From IMG/VR virus record IMGVR_UViG_2711768005_000008: 43,864 nucleotides of DNA; one strand, given 5' to 3'. The notes below the pieces were generated by a model. It was not told the origin of the DNA, ran no database searches, and worked only from the letters and a program-made list of their open reading frames with translations. The DNA comes from a virus. Its lineage: Duplodnaviria; Heunggongvirae; Uroviricota; Caudoviricetes. The position numbers and the translations under genes are program-made. This document shows positions 18,191 through 28,480 of this stretch, piece by piece (the first letter of the stretch is position 1; every line of letters starts with the position of its first letter).

Positions 18191-18664
18191 ATGTCATCCA
18201 TTGATGCAGCTGTCGTTGTTGACGTTACGCGTCTCCAGCGAGTGTTTGCCCGGCTTCAGTTTGTGGGCGGCGGAAAAGACCTGGCCCGCAGTGTGGCGGC
18301 GAGTCTTCTGTCATCGTCAGAAATGGCGTTTGAGCAGGAAAAAGAGCCGGATGGTGAACGCTGGCATGACTGGTCAGATCCTTACCGTGAGTGGCGTACC
18401 CGTAAGGGATACACGCCCGGCAAAATCCTGACGCTGAACGGCGATCTGGCCCGCCGCCTGACCACGGATTATGGCGATACCTGGGCGCTGATTGGATCAA
18501 ATGAACCTTATGCAGCCATTCATCAGTGGGGTGGCCTGCCTGGTATGCCACCGGGACCGGCGGCCATTGGCGCACGTCCGTATATGGGCTTTGATCAGGT
18601 GGCAGAACAGGAGATCATGGACGAAATCAGAAAACGCTTTAAAAAGGCCACAGAAACGCCGTAA
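18191..18664 (+). CDS. Virion morphogenesis protein (Mu G / gp31-like)
   Basis: 157 aa, synteny after F. Confidence 0.55.
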   Translation: MSSIDAAVVVDVTRLQRVFARLQFVGGGKDLARSVAASLLSSSEMAFEQEKEPDGERWHDWSDPYREWRTRKGYTPGKILTLNGDLARRLTTDYGDTWALIGSNEPYAAIHQWGGLPGMPPGPAAIGARPYMGFDQVAEQEIMDEIRKRFKKATETP

Positions 18665-18841
18665 TGGTTTAAGGTATGCAAACGTATTACCTTACCCCCT
18701 TCAGGCGCGTGTCGTGATTTTCTAACCTGTATTTAACGGGCTTTAAAATCTGCGTGAAGCGCCTTTCTCATTCCCCCCCTGTCAGCACTTTCTGAAGTCC
18801 CGCAAAACCAGCCCCAAAAATACCCGGCTTATGCTGCCGGT

Positions 18842-19975
18842 ATGAAGACAGAAAATCACCCAAAAGACGCAAATCGCCCCTCCGGTTTAGCCGTGCTTTC
18901 AGCTTCGCTGACTGCATCCGGCGACGGATGGTGTCAGTTACTGCCAGCCGGTCGGGTAAAGGCCCGTGACGGTCGCCCGGAAAAACCGACTGAAGGCTGG
19001 CTGATTAACGAATCCGCCTGTAACCGGATGAAAGCCGGGCTTTCCGCCCTGCATCAGCCGTTACTGATTGATTATGACCATCACTCCGTGAATGCGCAGA
19101 AAAACGGATTCAAGGCTATTGCTGCAGGATGGGTTAAGCCGGAAAACATCGAATGGCGTGAGGGTCAGGGGATTTTCATTAAACCTGAATGGACACCACA
19201 GGCACAAAAACATATTGATGACCGTGAATATGCCTATCTGTCTGCATATATGCATTATTTCGCTGACACCGGGGAACCCTACCTGTTGCGCATGGCTTCC
19301 CTGACGAATGATCCGGGTATTACGGGTATGAACCCTGTCGCGGCACTCAGTGCTGATGATCTCTATGTCGTTTCCCCTTCTCAGGAGCAATCCCCCATGA
19401 ATGAGCAATTACGCCAGTTGCTGACGGCGCTCGGTCTGACCGTGGCTGACGGTGACGAATTTACACCGGAACTGGGCACGGCGGCGCTGTCTGCCCTTAC
19501 CGGGATCAAAACCCGTGCGGATGCGCACGACACCCTGAAAACGCAGGTTGCCAGCCTGTCGGCAGAACTGGAAACCGCAAAAGGCACACCAACTGGCGGC
19601 ACTATTGATCTGACGAAATATGTGCCCGTTGAGACGTATAACGCCCTGCGTACCGAATATGCCGCGCTGTCGGCACAACACGGCAGCACCACGCTGGAGC
19701 AGTTGCTGGATAAGGCCGAGTCCGAAGGACGCATTTTCAAAAGCGAACGCGGATACATGGAAGGACTCGGACAACAGATTGGCGTCGCGGCACTTTCTGC
19801 ACAGCTTGACGCCCGCCAGCCGGTTGCGGCTCTGACCACTCTTCAGACCGACACCGTAACCGTGCCGGATAAAAAGACCGCCACCGCTGTGCTGTCGGCT
19901 GAAGATATCGCCGCCGCACGTCTGTTGGGTAAAACCGAAGCCGAGTTCCTGAAAATGAAAGAGGAAATGCAATAA
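18842..19975 (+). CDS. Head maturation protease / scaffold (Mu I / gp32-like; possible internal start for scaffold at about 19397)
   Basis: 377 aa immediately before the major capsid gene; Ala/Leu-rich C-terminal half. Confidence 0.65.
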   Translation: MKTENHPKDANRPSGLAVLSASLTASGDGWCQLLPAGRVKARDGRPEKPTEGWLINESACNRMKAGLSALHQPLLIDYDHHSVNAQKNGFKAIAAGWVKPENIEWREGQGIFIKPEWTPQAQKHIDDREYAYLSAYMHYFADTGEPYLLRMASLTNDPGITGMNPVAALSADDLYVVSPSQEQSPMNEQLRQLLTALGLTVADGDEFTPELGTAALSALTGIKTRADAHDTLKTQVASLSAELETAKGTPTGGTIDLTKYVPVETYNALRTEYAALSAQHGSTTLEQLLDKAESEGRIFKSERGYMEGLGQQIGVAALSAQLDARQPVAALTTLQTDTVTVPDKKTATAVLSAEDIAAARLLGKTEAEFLKMKEEMQ

Positions 19976-20922
19976 TGCCTACCCCGATTACACCGGCGAT
20001 GATCACCGCCCTGATGACGGGCTACCGTTCTGATTTTCAGGCCGGGATGTCCATGGCTCCGTCGCAGTACCAGAAAATTGCGATGACCGTGCCGTCCACC
20101 TCGAAATCCAACACCTACGGCTGGCTGGGGCAGTTCCCGCAGTTCCGTGAGTGGATCGGCTCCCGCGTCATCGAGAAGATGAAAGCCTATGGCTACGCCA
20201 TCGTGAACAAAACCTTTGAAGGCACCGTTGCCATTAGCCGCGATGACTTTGAAGACGACAATCTCGGCATCTACTCCCCGTTATTCCAGGAAATGGGTCG
20301 TGCCGCTGCGGCACAACCGGATGAACTGGTCTTTGCTGCACTGCGTGATGGTCTGAATGCGGCCTGCTATGACGGCCAGAACTTCTTTGATACCGAACAC
20401 CCTGTTTACCCCAAAGTGGATGGCTCCGGTGATGCACAGATGGTCAGCAATATGTTTGTGGCAAAAACCGGCTCTGTCGGTGCACAGGCGGATTACAGCG
20501 GCCCGGCCTGGTATCTGCTTGACTGCTCCCGCGCGGTAAAACCGCTGATTTATCAGGATCGCCGCAAAGCCGAACTGGTTGCCCAGACAAAAGTCGATGA
20601 AGGCCGTGCGTTTACTGATAACGAGTTTGTGTTCGGTGCTTCCGCCCGTCGCAATGTGGGCTACGGCTTCTGGCAGATGGCCTACATGATGCAGTCACCG
20701 CTGACGCTGGATGCGCTGTGGCACGGCTGGTCAGCCATGCGTGACTTTAAGGCTGACGGTGGCCGCAAACTCGGCATCAAACCCACCCATATTGTTGTCC
20801 CCACCTCGCTGGAAAAACAGGCGGTGCAGCTGCTGGAGCGCGAGCTGTTCGCAGACGGTAACGCCACAGTCTCTAACGAGATGAAGGGCAAGCTGGAGCT
20901 GGTTGTCGCGGATTATCTGTAA
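19975..20922 (+). CDS. Major head (capsid) protein (Mu T / gp34-like)
   Basis: 315 aa, synteny; start overlaps the I stop. Confidence 0.75.
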   Translation: MPTPITPAMITALMTGYRSDFQAGMSMAPSQYQKIAMTVPSTSKSNTYGWLGQFPQFREWIGSRVIEKMKAYGYAIVNKTFEGTVAISRDDFEDDNLGIYSPLFQEMGRAAAAQPDELVFAALRDGLNAACYDGQNFFDTEHPVYPKVDGSGDAQMVSNMFVAKTGSVGAQADYSGPAWYLLDCSRAVKPLIYQDRRKAELVAQTKVDEGRAFTDNEFVFGASARRNVGYGFWQMAYMMQSPLTLDALWHGWSAMRDFKADGGRKLGIKPTHIVVPTSLEKQAVQLLERELFADGNATVSNEMKGKLELVVADYL

Positions 20923-20965
20923 ACGGTGAGCCGGGCTTACGGCCCGGCCCCTGCGGAGGGCAAAT

Positions 20966-21325
20966 ATGAATGAACATCACACTGTGGCAGCAACAGATGA
21001 TTCAGGCCTTCAGGTCAGTGGTGACAGTCCTGTCACGGTACTGGCAGAAGTGCGTTGCAGTCGTACGCATTTTCGTCGTGCGGGGTTCCTGTTCATGCGG
21101 GGACGCCAGCAGGTTGACGTCACCCCGGAGCAGCTTGCCCGACTGGAAGCGGAGCCATGCCTCACTGTACGAATACTACAGACGCCTGGTGATGATGCGG
21201 GAGCCGTGGCGGGTGTGGTTCATGCAGAGACCGGTGCAGATTTAGCCGAAGCCGAAACCGTACAGGATGCTCCCCGGAAAAAGACCGGCAATAACGCCAG
21301 ACAGGCGAAAAAGGCGCGCGCATGA
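20966..21325 (+). CDS. hypothetical head-associated protein
   Basis: ORF with GGAGGG RBS. Confidence 0.4.
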   Translation: MNEHHTVAATDDSGLQVSGDSPVTVLAEVRCSRTHFRRAGFLFMRGRQQVDVTPEQLARLEAEPCLTVRILQTPGDDAGAVAGVVHAETGADLAEAETVQDAPRKKTGNNARQAKKARA

Positions 21326-21741
21326 ATTACGCCACCGAAACCGATATGCGGGCACGTTACCGCGAGGATTTGCTCAGGCCATTACTGGCCGTGCCCCGTT
21401 CGGATGAACCGGACACGCGCAAGCTGAACCGGGCACTGACGGACGCGTCTGCCCTTATCGACAGCTATCTGTCTTCCCGTTACACGCTGCCGCTGGCGGT
21501 GGTTCCGGCGGTCCTTGTTCAGCATTGCTGCACGATTGCCTTTTATTACCTGTGCGATCAGCGGGCATCCGATCAGGCGCGTGACCGTTACCGTGAGGCG
21601 CTGGCCTGGCTGAAAGATGTCATGAACGGTAACGTGCCGGTCGGCGTGGATACAGACGGTGCGGCCCCTGAATCCGGGGATTTACCGCAGGTGCAGTCTG
21701 ATGCGGCGGTGTTCGGGCGCAACCAGAAGGGCTTTATATGA
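21322..21741 (+). CDS. Mu gp36-like protein (head-tail joining region)
   Basis: ORF, synteny. Confidence 0.45.
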   Translation: MNYATETDMRARYREDLLRPLLAVPRSDEPDTRKLNRALTDASALIDSYLSSRYTLPLAVVPAVLVQHCCTIAFYYLCDQRASDQARDRYREALAWLKDVMNGNVPVGVDTDGAAPESGDLPQVQSDAAVFGRNQKGFI

Positions 21742-22301
21742 TTACGGAAACCGAGCAGGCGTACATCGCCCGTATCCGTGAGTATTTCGGGAATGAACTG
21801 GTGTCTGTTGACACACATCCCGGCGACTGGAGCGACAGCGTACTGCGCACCATGCTGATTAACGCCCCGGCTATCTATGTTGCCTGGCTGGGTGCCGGTG
21901 AAGGGCGTACCCGTGGGCGTCTGGTCAGTCACTGGGTGTTCTACGTCATCGGCGACATGCTCAATGGCCGTGAGGTCAGCCGTCCCGGGCTTTATCAGAT
22001 TGTGGCCCGCCTGATTACCGTGCTGGACGGCTTCAGAGCAGAAAAAACCTCACCGCTTTACTTTGAAAAGGCGGTCAACGGTTACACCGAAACGCAGGCA
22101 GGCAGCGGTGCCGTGATGTACGCCCTGTATTTCTCATGCGAGGAAATGATCGACCCGCTGACGGATATCAGCTCGCTGGATGATTTCCTGCGCCATTACG
22201 AAACCTTTACCGAACCGGAAGGCACGCCGGAATTTAAGGCACACATCCGTCTGCCTGGTGCAACTGCCGCCGGTGAAAACGCCGGACTGTCAGAGGAATA
22301 A
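21738..22301 (+). CDS. Mu gp37-like protein (tail completion region)
   Basis: ORF, synteny. Confidence 0.45.
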   Translation: MITETEQAYIARIREYFGNELVSVDTHPGDWSDSVLRTMLINAPAIYVAWLGAGEGRTRGRLVSHWVFYVIGDMLNGREVSRPGLYQIVARLITVLDGFRAEKTSPLYFEKAVNGYTETQAGSGAVMYALYFSCEEMIDPLTDISSLDDFLRHYETFTEPEGTPEFKAHIRLPGATAAGENAGLSEE

Positions 22302-22304
22302 CAG

Positions 22305-22583
22305 ATGACAACCATTTTTATTAAACCTGCGCCGGGATGCCTGATCCGCGATCCCGACACGATGACTCCGCTCTCTCAGGACGGGGAAGAGAAACCCTTC
22401 ACTCCGTTCTGGTGCCGCCGTCTTAATGATGGCGACGTCATTGTGGTGGATAAAACGGCGGAGCCTGCCCCGGCTGCCACAACTGCTAATACCGGCGCGG
22501 CGGCAAAACCAGCGGGAGCGGTAGCAGAAAAAACTGCGGCGGTGGCTGAAAAAACCGCAGCATCAGATAAGGGGACGTCCTGA
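22305..22583 (+). CDS. Mu gp38-like small protein with Ala-rich C-terminus
   Basis: ORF, synteny. Confidence 0.4.
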   Translation: MTTIFIKPAPGCLIRDPDTMTPLSQDGEEKPFTPFWCRRLNDGDVIVVDKTAEPAPAATTANTGAAAKPAGAVAEKTAAVAEKTAASDKGTS

Positions 22584-24085
22584 TGATTAACTTTGATTAT
22601 ATCGGCGATAACAATCGCATTCCGCTGGTACAGATTGAAATCAATAATTCAATGGCCGTGACCGGCACTCCACCACAGCGTCAGGCGGTACTGTTGTTTG
22701 GTCAGGCTGCAATGAAAGACACTACCATTCAGGGGCGCGGTCAGCTTGATGTACCAGTACGTATTACCCGAGCTTCACAAGCAAGAGAACTCTGGGGGCG
22801 AGGTTCCATGATTGCACTGATGGTAGAGGAATTTATCGCCATTAACCCTGACACAGAGTTATATGCCATTGCACAGGGGGCTGGAACAGGTCAGTCCAGG
22901 GCATGCGTGATGAATATCATTGGAACAGCATTGGCAGACGGGGTGTTAAGTGTTTACATCGGCGGTCGCCGTTACCTCCTGCCCGTCAGTAAGGGGAAAA
23001 AAGGTAAAGAGCTTGTGGAAGAGCTGGCTAAGGTCATTAACGCTGACACTGATGCGCCATTCACTGCTATCGCAGCTGAAGTCAGTGGTGATAATGCTGA
23101 AGGACTTAAAGGCAGCATGGGGGTTAACGCCCGCTTTATCGGTGAATGCTCAGCTCATGATTTACGGGTGAACTATTATGACGGTGAAACTACACCGGCC
23201 GGTCTTACGCTGGAGCTCGTCGCGCCAACACAGAAGGCAACAAACCCCGATATCACCCGTAGCGTCTCAGGGATGGGGAATCGTCAGTACAACTACATCG
23301 TCATGCCCTATAAGGATGCGGCAAATCTCAAAATTCTGGCGGATGAACTGCTGAAACGCTGGGGACCGGTAAAAATGTCGGACGGTATGGTCTGGATGGC
23401 GCATACCGGCACCTTCGGTACGGCAACCAGTTTTGGTGAATCCCGTAATGACTTCCTGTTTACCTGCACTTCTATTCCTAAAGCACCAGAGCCGGATTAT
23501 GTCTGGGCTGCCTCCATTTGTGCGGTCTGTGCGCCCTCCCTGTCAACGGATCCGGCCCGACCATTACAGACACTGGCGCTGCCTGCCCGTATGGCACCTG
23601 AAGCACCGGATCGTCTGACGCGGGAAGAGCGAAACAGCCTGCTTTATACCGGCATGTCCACGGTGACCGTCGCGGCCGCGGATGTGGTGCAGATTGAACG
23701 TCAGGTGACGATGTACCGTCAGAATGCATACGGCGAAATCGATCCCAGCTATCTGGATGTGGAAACCATCTACACCCTGTCATATCTGCGTTATTCCCTG
23801 CGCACCTTTATCACGCAGCGTTTTCCGCGCCATAAACTGGCTGATGACGGGACGCCCGTTCGTGCCGGTCAGAATATCGTGACACCGGAGATCATGAAAC
23901 TTCAGTTAATTTCGCTGGGGGAAGAATGGGTGGATCTGGGACTGGTCGAAAATCTGGACACCTTTAAAAAGAATCTGCTCGTGGAGCGCAACACAAAAGA
24001 CCGTAACCGTCTGGATGTGATGTGTACACCGGATCTGGTTAACCAGTTCCGCTTCATGGCCGCGCAGATCCGTTTCATTTTGTGA
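22583..24085 (+). CDS. Contractile tail sheath protein (Mu L-like)
   Basis: 500 aa, precedes the tube gene. Confidence 0.75.
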   Translation: MINFDYIGDNNRIPLVQIEINNSMAVTGTPPQRQAVLLFGQAAMKDTTIQGRGQLDVPVRITRASQARELWGRGSMIALMVEEFIAINPDTELYAIAQGAGTGQSRACVMNIIGTALADGVLSVYIGGRRYLLPVSKGKKGKELVEELAKVINADTDAPFTAIAAEVSGDNAEGLKGSMGVNARFIGECSAHDLRVNYYDGETTPAGLTLELVAPTQKATNPDITRSVSGMGNRQYNYIVMPYKDAANLKILADELLKRWGPVKMSDGMVWMAHTGTFGTATSFGESRNDFLFTCTSIPKAPEPDYVWAASICAVCAPSLSTDPARPLQTLALPARMAPEAPDRLTREERNSLLYTGMSTVTVAAADVVQIERQVTMYRQNAYGEIDPSYLDVETIYTLSYLRYSLRTFITQRFPRHKLADDGTPVRAGQNIVTPEIMKLQLISLGEEWVDLGLVENLDTFKKNLLVERNTKDRNRLDVMCTPDLVNQFRFMAAQIRFIL

Positions 24086-24093
24086 GGTAAGGC

Positions 24094-24459
24094 ATGAGCG
24101 GAAAACAGTATCAGGGCACGGCCACCATCCGTGTGAACGGGCAGGAGTACGACACCCTTGAGGGGGCCACGTTCTCCCCGTCCGGCTTTGAGCGTGAAGT
24201 GGTGAAAGGCGCGAAAGTTTACGGCTATCGCGAGAAACCCCGTGAGGCGACGCTGGACTGTAAATTCCCGGCGGGCGGAGAAGGTTCACCGGCTGCCGAT
24301 GAAATCAACACCTGGACTGCGGTCACGATTGAGTTCGTGGCCGATACCGGTGAAGTCCACATGATGACGAAGGCCTGGAGCAGTGAACCGGCCTCGCTTG
24401 ACGGTGGTGGTGATATCTCCGCGAAGTTCGCCAGCGCCACCAGTACCCGTGTCCAGTAA
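24094..24459 (+). CDS. Tail tube protein (Mu M-like)
   Basis: 121 aa directly after the sheath. Confidence 0.65.
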   Translation: MSGKQYQGTATIRVNGQEYDTLEGATFSPSGFEREVVKGAKVYGYREKPREATLDCKFPAGGEGSPAADEINTWTAVTIEFVADTGEVHMMTKAWSSEPASLDGGGDISAKFASATSTRVQ

Positions 24460-24473
24460 TCAGGAAAAATGTA

Positions 24474-24950
24474 ATGAGCACACGTAAGAAAAAAACGGCG
24501 GTTTCTGACGAGGCCGTGATGGAGGCTATCCGGGATGCACTTGAAGACGGCGATCCCCGCACCGCCGGGCTGGCTGAACAACTGGCGAACGGCTATGTGG
24601 ATCTGCTCGACGGTCTGCCGTTCGGGGAATCCCGTGAATACCGCGTCACCTTCCGCGAACTGACGGCAAAAGACAGCATTGATGCGGAGAGCGAGGCCGA
24701 GCGTCTTATGGAAACCCGAAACGGTCCGGTTCTTGTGGCCTCACCGGCACTGCGCGGCATTGCGCTGCTGCGCCGTCAGATTGCCGCTGTCGGCCAGATT
24801 GAGGGGCCATTGTCTCCGCGTCAGATAGGACAGCTCAGCGAGCGCGATCTCTCCCGACTGATGGCGGCAGTAAGCCTGCTTGATTCCGCGATGGCCGGAA
24901 AGCTGGTCGCTGAACGGGGGCGACCAGATGCAGTGCCGGGATCAGATTGA
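24474..24950 (+). CDS. Mu gp41-like protein, likely tape-measure chaperone
   Basis: 158 aa between tube and tape measure. Confidence 0.45.
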   Translation: MSTRKKKTAVSDEAVMEAIRDALEDGDPRTAGLAEQLANGYVDLLDGLPFGESREYRVTFRELTAKDSIDAESEAERLMETRNGPVLVASPALRGIALLRRQIAAVGQIEGPLSPRQIGQLSERDLSRLMAAVSLLDSAMAGKLVAERGRPDAVPGSD

Positions 24951-25077
24951 AGAAGCCGCAATTGTGCTGGGGATGGTGACAAAAAGCGGCCCGGAGTGGG
25001 CGCTTAACCTCCCCTTATCGCAGCTTTACCGGCACTGCCGACAGACCGAAAAAATTCTCAGAACGAAGCAGTAACCC

Positions 25078-27135
25078 ATGGCAAAAAACCTGAAAGCCTC
25101 CCTGATTGTCGATTTACTCGGCAATATTTCTGCCAAATCCCGCCAGTGGTCACAGGAGCTGGGGGCATTCTCCCGTTCCGGCAGGACGGGGCTGGGTGGT
25201 CTTGGAAATGCAGCACGTCGTGCCGGTCAGGAGACAGAACTTGTCGGCTCCCGTATGCAGCGAACGCTTGCCGGTGTTCGTGGCAGTATCCGCACGGTGA
25301 CGTCAGATTTTGACCGCCTTCAGGGCAGCATTACCGGCACCATCGGGCGGATAAGCAACCTTTACGGGATGCTGGCGGGAGGGGCTGCGGTCTACGGGTT
25401 TAATAAAGCCTTTATCCGCCCGGCCGCAGAGATGGAGAACTATATTCTGCGTCTCAACGCCATTAATCATGGCGATACGGCAAAAACGGAAGCAGTGAAA
25501 GCCTGGGCGGTACAGAACGCCAAAGACACCACCTGGGGGCTGGCGGGGGTTATGCAGGAATACGCCTCCAGTCGCGGGTTCGGTATGAGTGACAGGGAAG
25601 CCCGTCGCTTTATTACCATGCTTCAGGATCAGGGCGGCTATCACGGCTGGTCACTGTCAGATGCACAGGGTGCGTCCCTGCAACTCAAACAGATGTTTGC
25701 CCGCCAGAGTATCCAGGCAGCGGACGCCAATATTCTGACCGGATACGGGATTAACGTTTACCAGTTGCTGGCCGATAAGCTGGGTGTAAACCAGAAGATC
25801 ATCCGTGAGAAAGGCGAGAAAGGAAAACTGGGACCGGACAGCATTCGCCTGTTATTTCAGGTGATGGCCGAACAGGCAAAAGGTGCCCAGAAAAACGCCA
25901 TGAATTCCTGGACGGGAATGACGTCCATGATGGGCGATGTCTGGGACGGATTTGCCCGCGAGGTGATGGCAAAGGGACCGTTTGACAGCCTGAAAAAGAG
26001 CCTGAAAGGCTTTCTGGATTATGCTGATGCGGCACAGAAAAGCGGCTTACAGGATAAGCTGGCCACACAGACGGCCTCAGCCCTGAATCAGGGATTTGAG
26101 TATGCCAGAGACGCTGCGACCGGCTTTTACCGGGTCATTCAGAAAGTCAGGGAAACGCTTCAGGCACTGCGCGACGCCGGTTATGGCGATGCGCTGGATC
26201 GCATTGGTCAGGGTGCGCAGACCGCCGCAAAGTACCTGATGTATATGTATCTCGCCTCCCGTGCGCTGAAGGTGCTCAGGTTTGCGGGGACGGGGGCATT
26301 ACGTCTCGGCGCAACCCCCTTACGCTATGGCATGGCGATGACCTCCGTGCTGACGTCGCCCTTCCGCAAACCGCAGACCACTGTACCGGGAACGCAGCCC
26401 GGACGCGCTGGCCGGTTCCTGAATTTCCTTACCGGGGTAAATCCGGCTGCCGTTCAGCCCGTGCTGGTCACCAATTGGCCTGCGGGTGGCCTGGCCTCAG
26501 GTGGCGGGGATGTGGTGGTCAGCGGTGACGGCAAAACCGTGCGCGGCCGTAAAAAACGCGGCCCCGGACGTGGACGGGGTGTCACGACCGTCGTGACTGC
26601 CGGTGAGCAACTGGCGGAGAGTGCCGGTAAACAGGGCTTCTTCGGTCGTATGATGAGCCGTGCCGGTGGTCTGCTAACGGCGGCCGGAAACCGCATGGGG
26701 CTGGGGCGTTTTGCCGGGCTGTTCCGTGGTGCCGGTCGGCTGGGTGGTGGTGCCCTGTGGGCCGGTGCCATGGCGGCTCCTGTACTGCTGGACAGCAGCG
26801 CCAGTGCAGCCGATAAAGCCGGTGCCGTGGGTTCCCTTGCCGGAAGTATCGCCGGTGGCGCGCTGGGGGCGGCTGCCGGTCCGGTCGGGGTTGCCATTGG
26901 TTCCACGGTGGGCAGCTATCTCGGTGATTATCTGGGGGGCTGGCTGACGCAGGCCTGGCAGAAACTGCGTGGCGGCAGTGACGAAAACGGCGGACAGGCC
27001 ACCGCGAAAACCGCCGCACGGGTGGAGCTTGTTGCCCCTGAAGGCTGGCGGGCGCGCAGTATTGATGTGGATGATACCGCACAGCATGGCCTGGATGTGA
27101 ACGTCTGGAACGGAGGGAACTATGGCCTCTACTGA
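25078..27135 (+). CDS. Tail tape measure protein
   Basis: 685 aa with a Gly/Ala-rich C-terminal third, position after sheath/tube/chaperone. Confidence 0.8.
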   Translation: MAKNLKASLIVDLLGNISAKSRQWSQELGAFSRSGRTGLGGLGNAARRAGQETELVGSRMQRTLAGVRGSIRTVTSDFDRLQGSITGTIGRISNLYGMLAGGAAVYGFNKAFIRPAAEMENYILRLNAINHGDTAKTEAVKAWAVQNAKDTTWGLAGVMQEYASSRGFGMSDREARRFITMLQDQGGYHGWSLSDAQGASLQLKQMFARQSIQAADANILTGYGINVYQLLADKLGVNQKIIREKGEKGKLGPDSIRLLFQVMAEQAKGAQKNAMNSWTGMTSMMGDVWDGFAREVMAKGPFDSLKKSLKGFLDYADAAQKSGLQDKLATQTASALNQGFEYARDAATGFYRVIQKVRETLQALRDAGYGDALDRIGQGAQTAAKYLMYMYLASRALKVLRFAGTGALRLGATPLRYGMAMTSVLTSPFRKPQTTVPGTQPGRAGRFLNFLTGVNPAAVQPVLVTNWPAGGLASGGGDVVVSGDGKTVRGRKKRGPGRGRGVTTVVTAGEQLAESAGKQGFFGRMMSRAGGLLTAAGNRMGLGRFAGLFRGAGRLGGGALWAGAMAAPVLLDSSASAADKAGAVGSLAGSIAGGALGAAAGPVGVAIGSTVGSYLGDYLGGWLTQAWQKLRGGSDENGGQATAKTAARVELVAPEGWRARSIDVDDTAQHGLDVNVWNGGNYGLY

Positions 27136-28480
27136 CACGCCGGGGCGTGGCTCCTTTCGTGGCGTACCGTTCCTGGTTTATCAGGAGCAGCGGGAACGGG
27201 GCGGACGTAACATTGTGCGCCGTGAATACCCACTGCGTGAAAGCGGCGGTGCGGATGATCTGGGGCCAAAACTCCCGGAGTTCACATTCACGGTTCTGGT
27301 GACCGGAGACGATCTTCAGACACAGCGAAGCCGCCTGCGTGATGCGCTGCGTGCACCCGGTGCCGGTGAACTGATGCACCCGGATTACGGCACGTTAAAC
27401 GTGCTGATAAACAGCTTTGAAAGCCGTTATAACGCCAGCGAGCAGGGAACGGTTGAGTTCACGATCAACGTGATCCCCGCCAGTGACGATACCGCCCCTG
27501 CGGTGGCAGAAGATACGGCAGCTGCGCTGGAGCAGAAAAGCGGCTCAGCAATGAATCAGCTGTTTAACACGCTTTCAGACGGCTGGACGGTGATTTCAGA
27601 CGGTCTGCATGATGTACAGGCCATGACCGACACCATCAGCGATAAGATTGATGCACTGGAGAATGCCGTTTCGGGGATGGGGATTGTGCAGGATATCAGT
27701 GCCTTTACGGCCAGTTTTACTGCCCTGAAAGGCAATGCCGCCGCCCTGATTAATGCGCCCCGTCGCATGGCTGAATCGCTGGCCGGAATGTTTGCCGTGC
27801 TGACCGGGCTGCCCGGCGATCCTTCCCTGTCTCTGACCGGAAAAGCCGGAACGCCGTCCGGCAGCCTGACCACAAACCGTGACAGCATGGCAGAGCAGGC
27901 CATGCCGCAGCTGTACCGCACACTTTCCTCCCTGCGTTACACCCTCAGCGAACAGGATGATCCACAGCGCCTGATTGGCCTGACGCCTGCGGCACAGAAA
28001 AATATCCGTCTGCTGCGGAGCGTGATGCAGAGTGCAACCCTGGTGTCGCAGGCACAGACGCTCGGAAAACTGCTGGATCAGGTCATCCGGCAGAATACGA
28101 CGCACGTTCAGGATACTGACCGTTCGGGCGGACTGGCCTGGCTGGAAAGTTCTGCTGATGTGCAGCGTATCAACCGGGATTTGAGCGATGCCATGGAACA
28201 ACAGGTGCTGGATCTGTCCGCACAGGGCTATACCGGGACTGCCCTTGCATTACGTGATGCAGGGCTTGCGCTGACAGAAGATTTAACCACACGGAGCGTG
28301 CATCTTCCCGGTGCTTTTCAGGTCATGGTTCGCACCACCGAACCGGCACTGGTCACGCTGTACCGTGCCACCGGCAACAGCAGTCGCTGGCAGTATTTTG
28401 TCCGCAGAAACAATATCCCCGATCCGGTTTTTGTTCCGGGTGGCCGCAGCGTGGAGGTGATCAGTGAGCAGCAGGATTGA
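27122..28480 (+). CDS. DNA circularisation protein N-like (Mu gp43)
   Basis: 452 aa, synteny after the tape measure. Confidence 0.6.
   Translation: MASTDTPGRGSFRGVPFLVYQEQRERGGRNIVRREYPLRESGGADDLGPKLPEFTFTVLVTGDDLQTQRSRLRDALRAPGAGELMHPDYGTLNVLINSFESRYNASEQGTVEFTINVIPASDDTAPAVAEDTAAALEQKSGSAMNQLFNTLSDGWTVISDGLHDVQAMTDTISDKIDALENAVSGMGIVQDISAFTASFTALKGNAAALINAPRRMAESLAGMFAVLTGLPGDPSLSLTGKAGTPSGSLTTNRDSMAEQAMPQLYRTLSSLRYTLSEQDDPQRLIGLTPAAQKNIRLLRSVMQSATLVSQAQTLGKLLDQVIRQNTTHVQDTDRSGGLAWLESSADVQRINRDLSDAMEQQVLDLSAQGYTGTALALRDAGLALTEDLTTRSVHLPGAFQVMVRTTEPALVTLYRATGNSSRWQYFVRRNNIPDPVFVPGGRSVEVISEQQD

Noticed and set aside
22518-22559. Imperfect 21-bp tandem duplication inside the gp38-like gene (encoding AVAEKTA twice)
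   Set aside because: Short in-frame repeat in an Ala-rich tail; most likely trivial replication slippage.
26454-27379. Long minus-strand ORFs (265 aa, 154 aa, 150 aa) inside the tape-measure gene
   Set aside because: They lie antisense to a syntenic, well-supported structural gene in GC-rich sequence and have no RBS; typical shadow ORFs.
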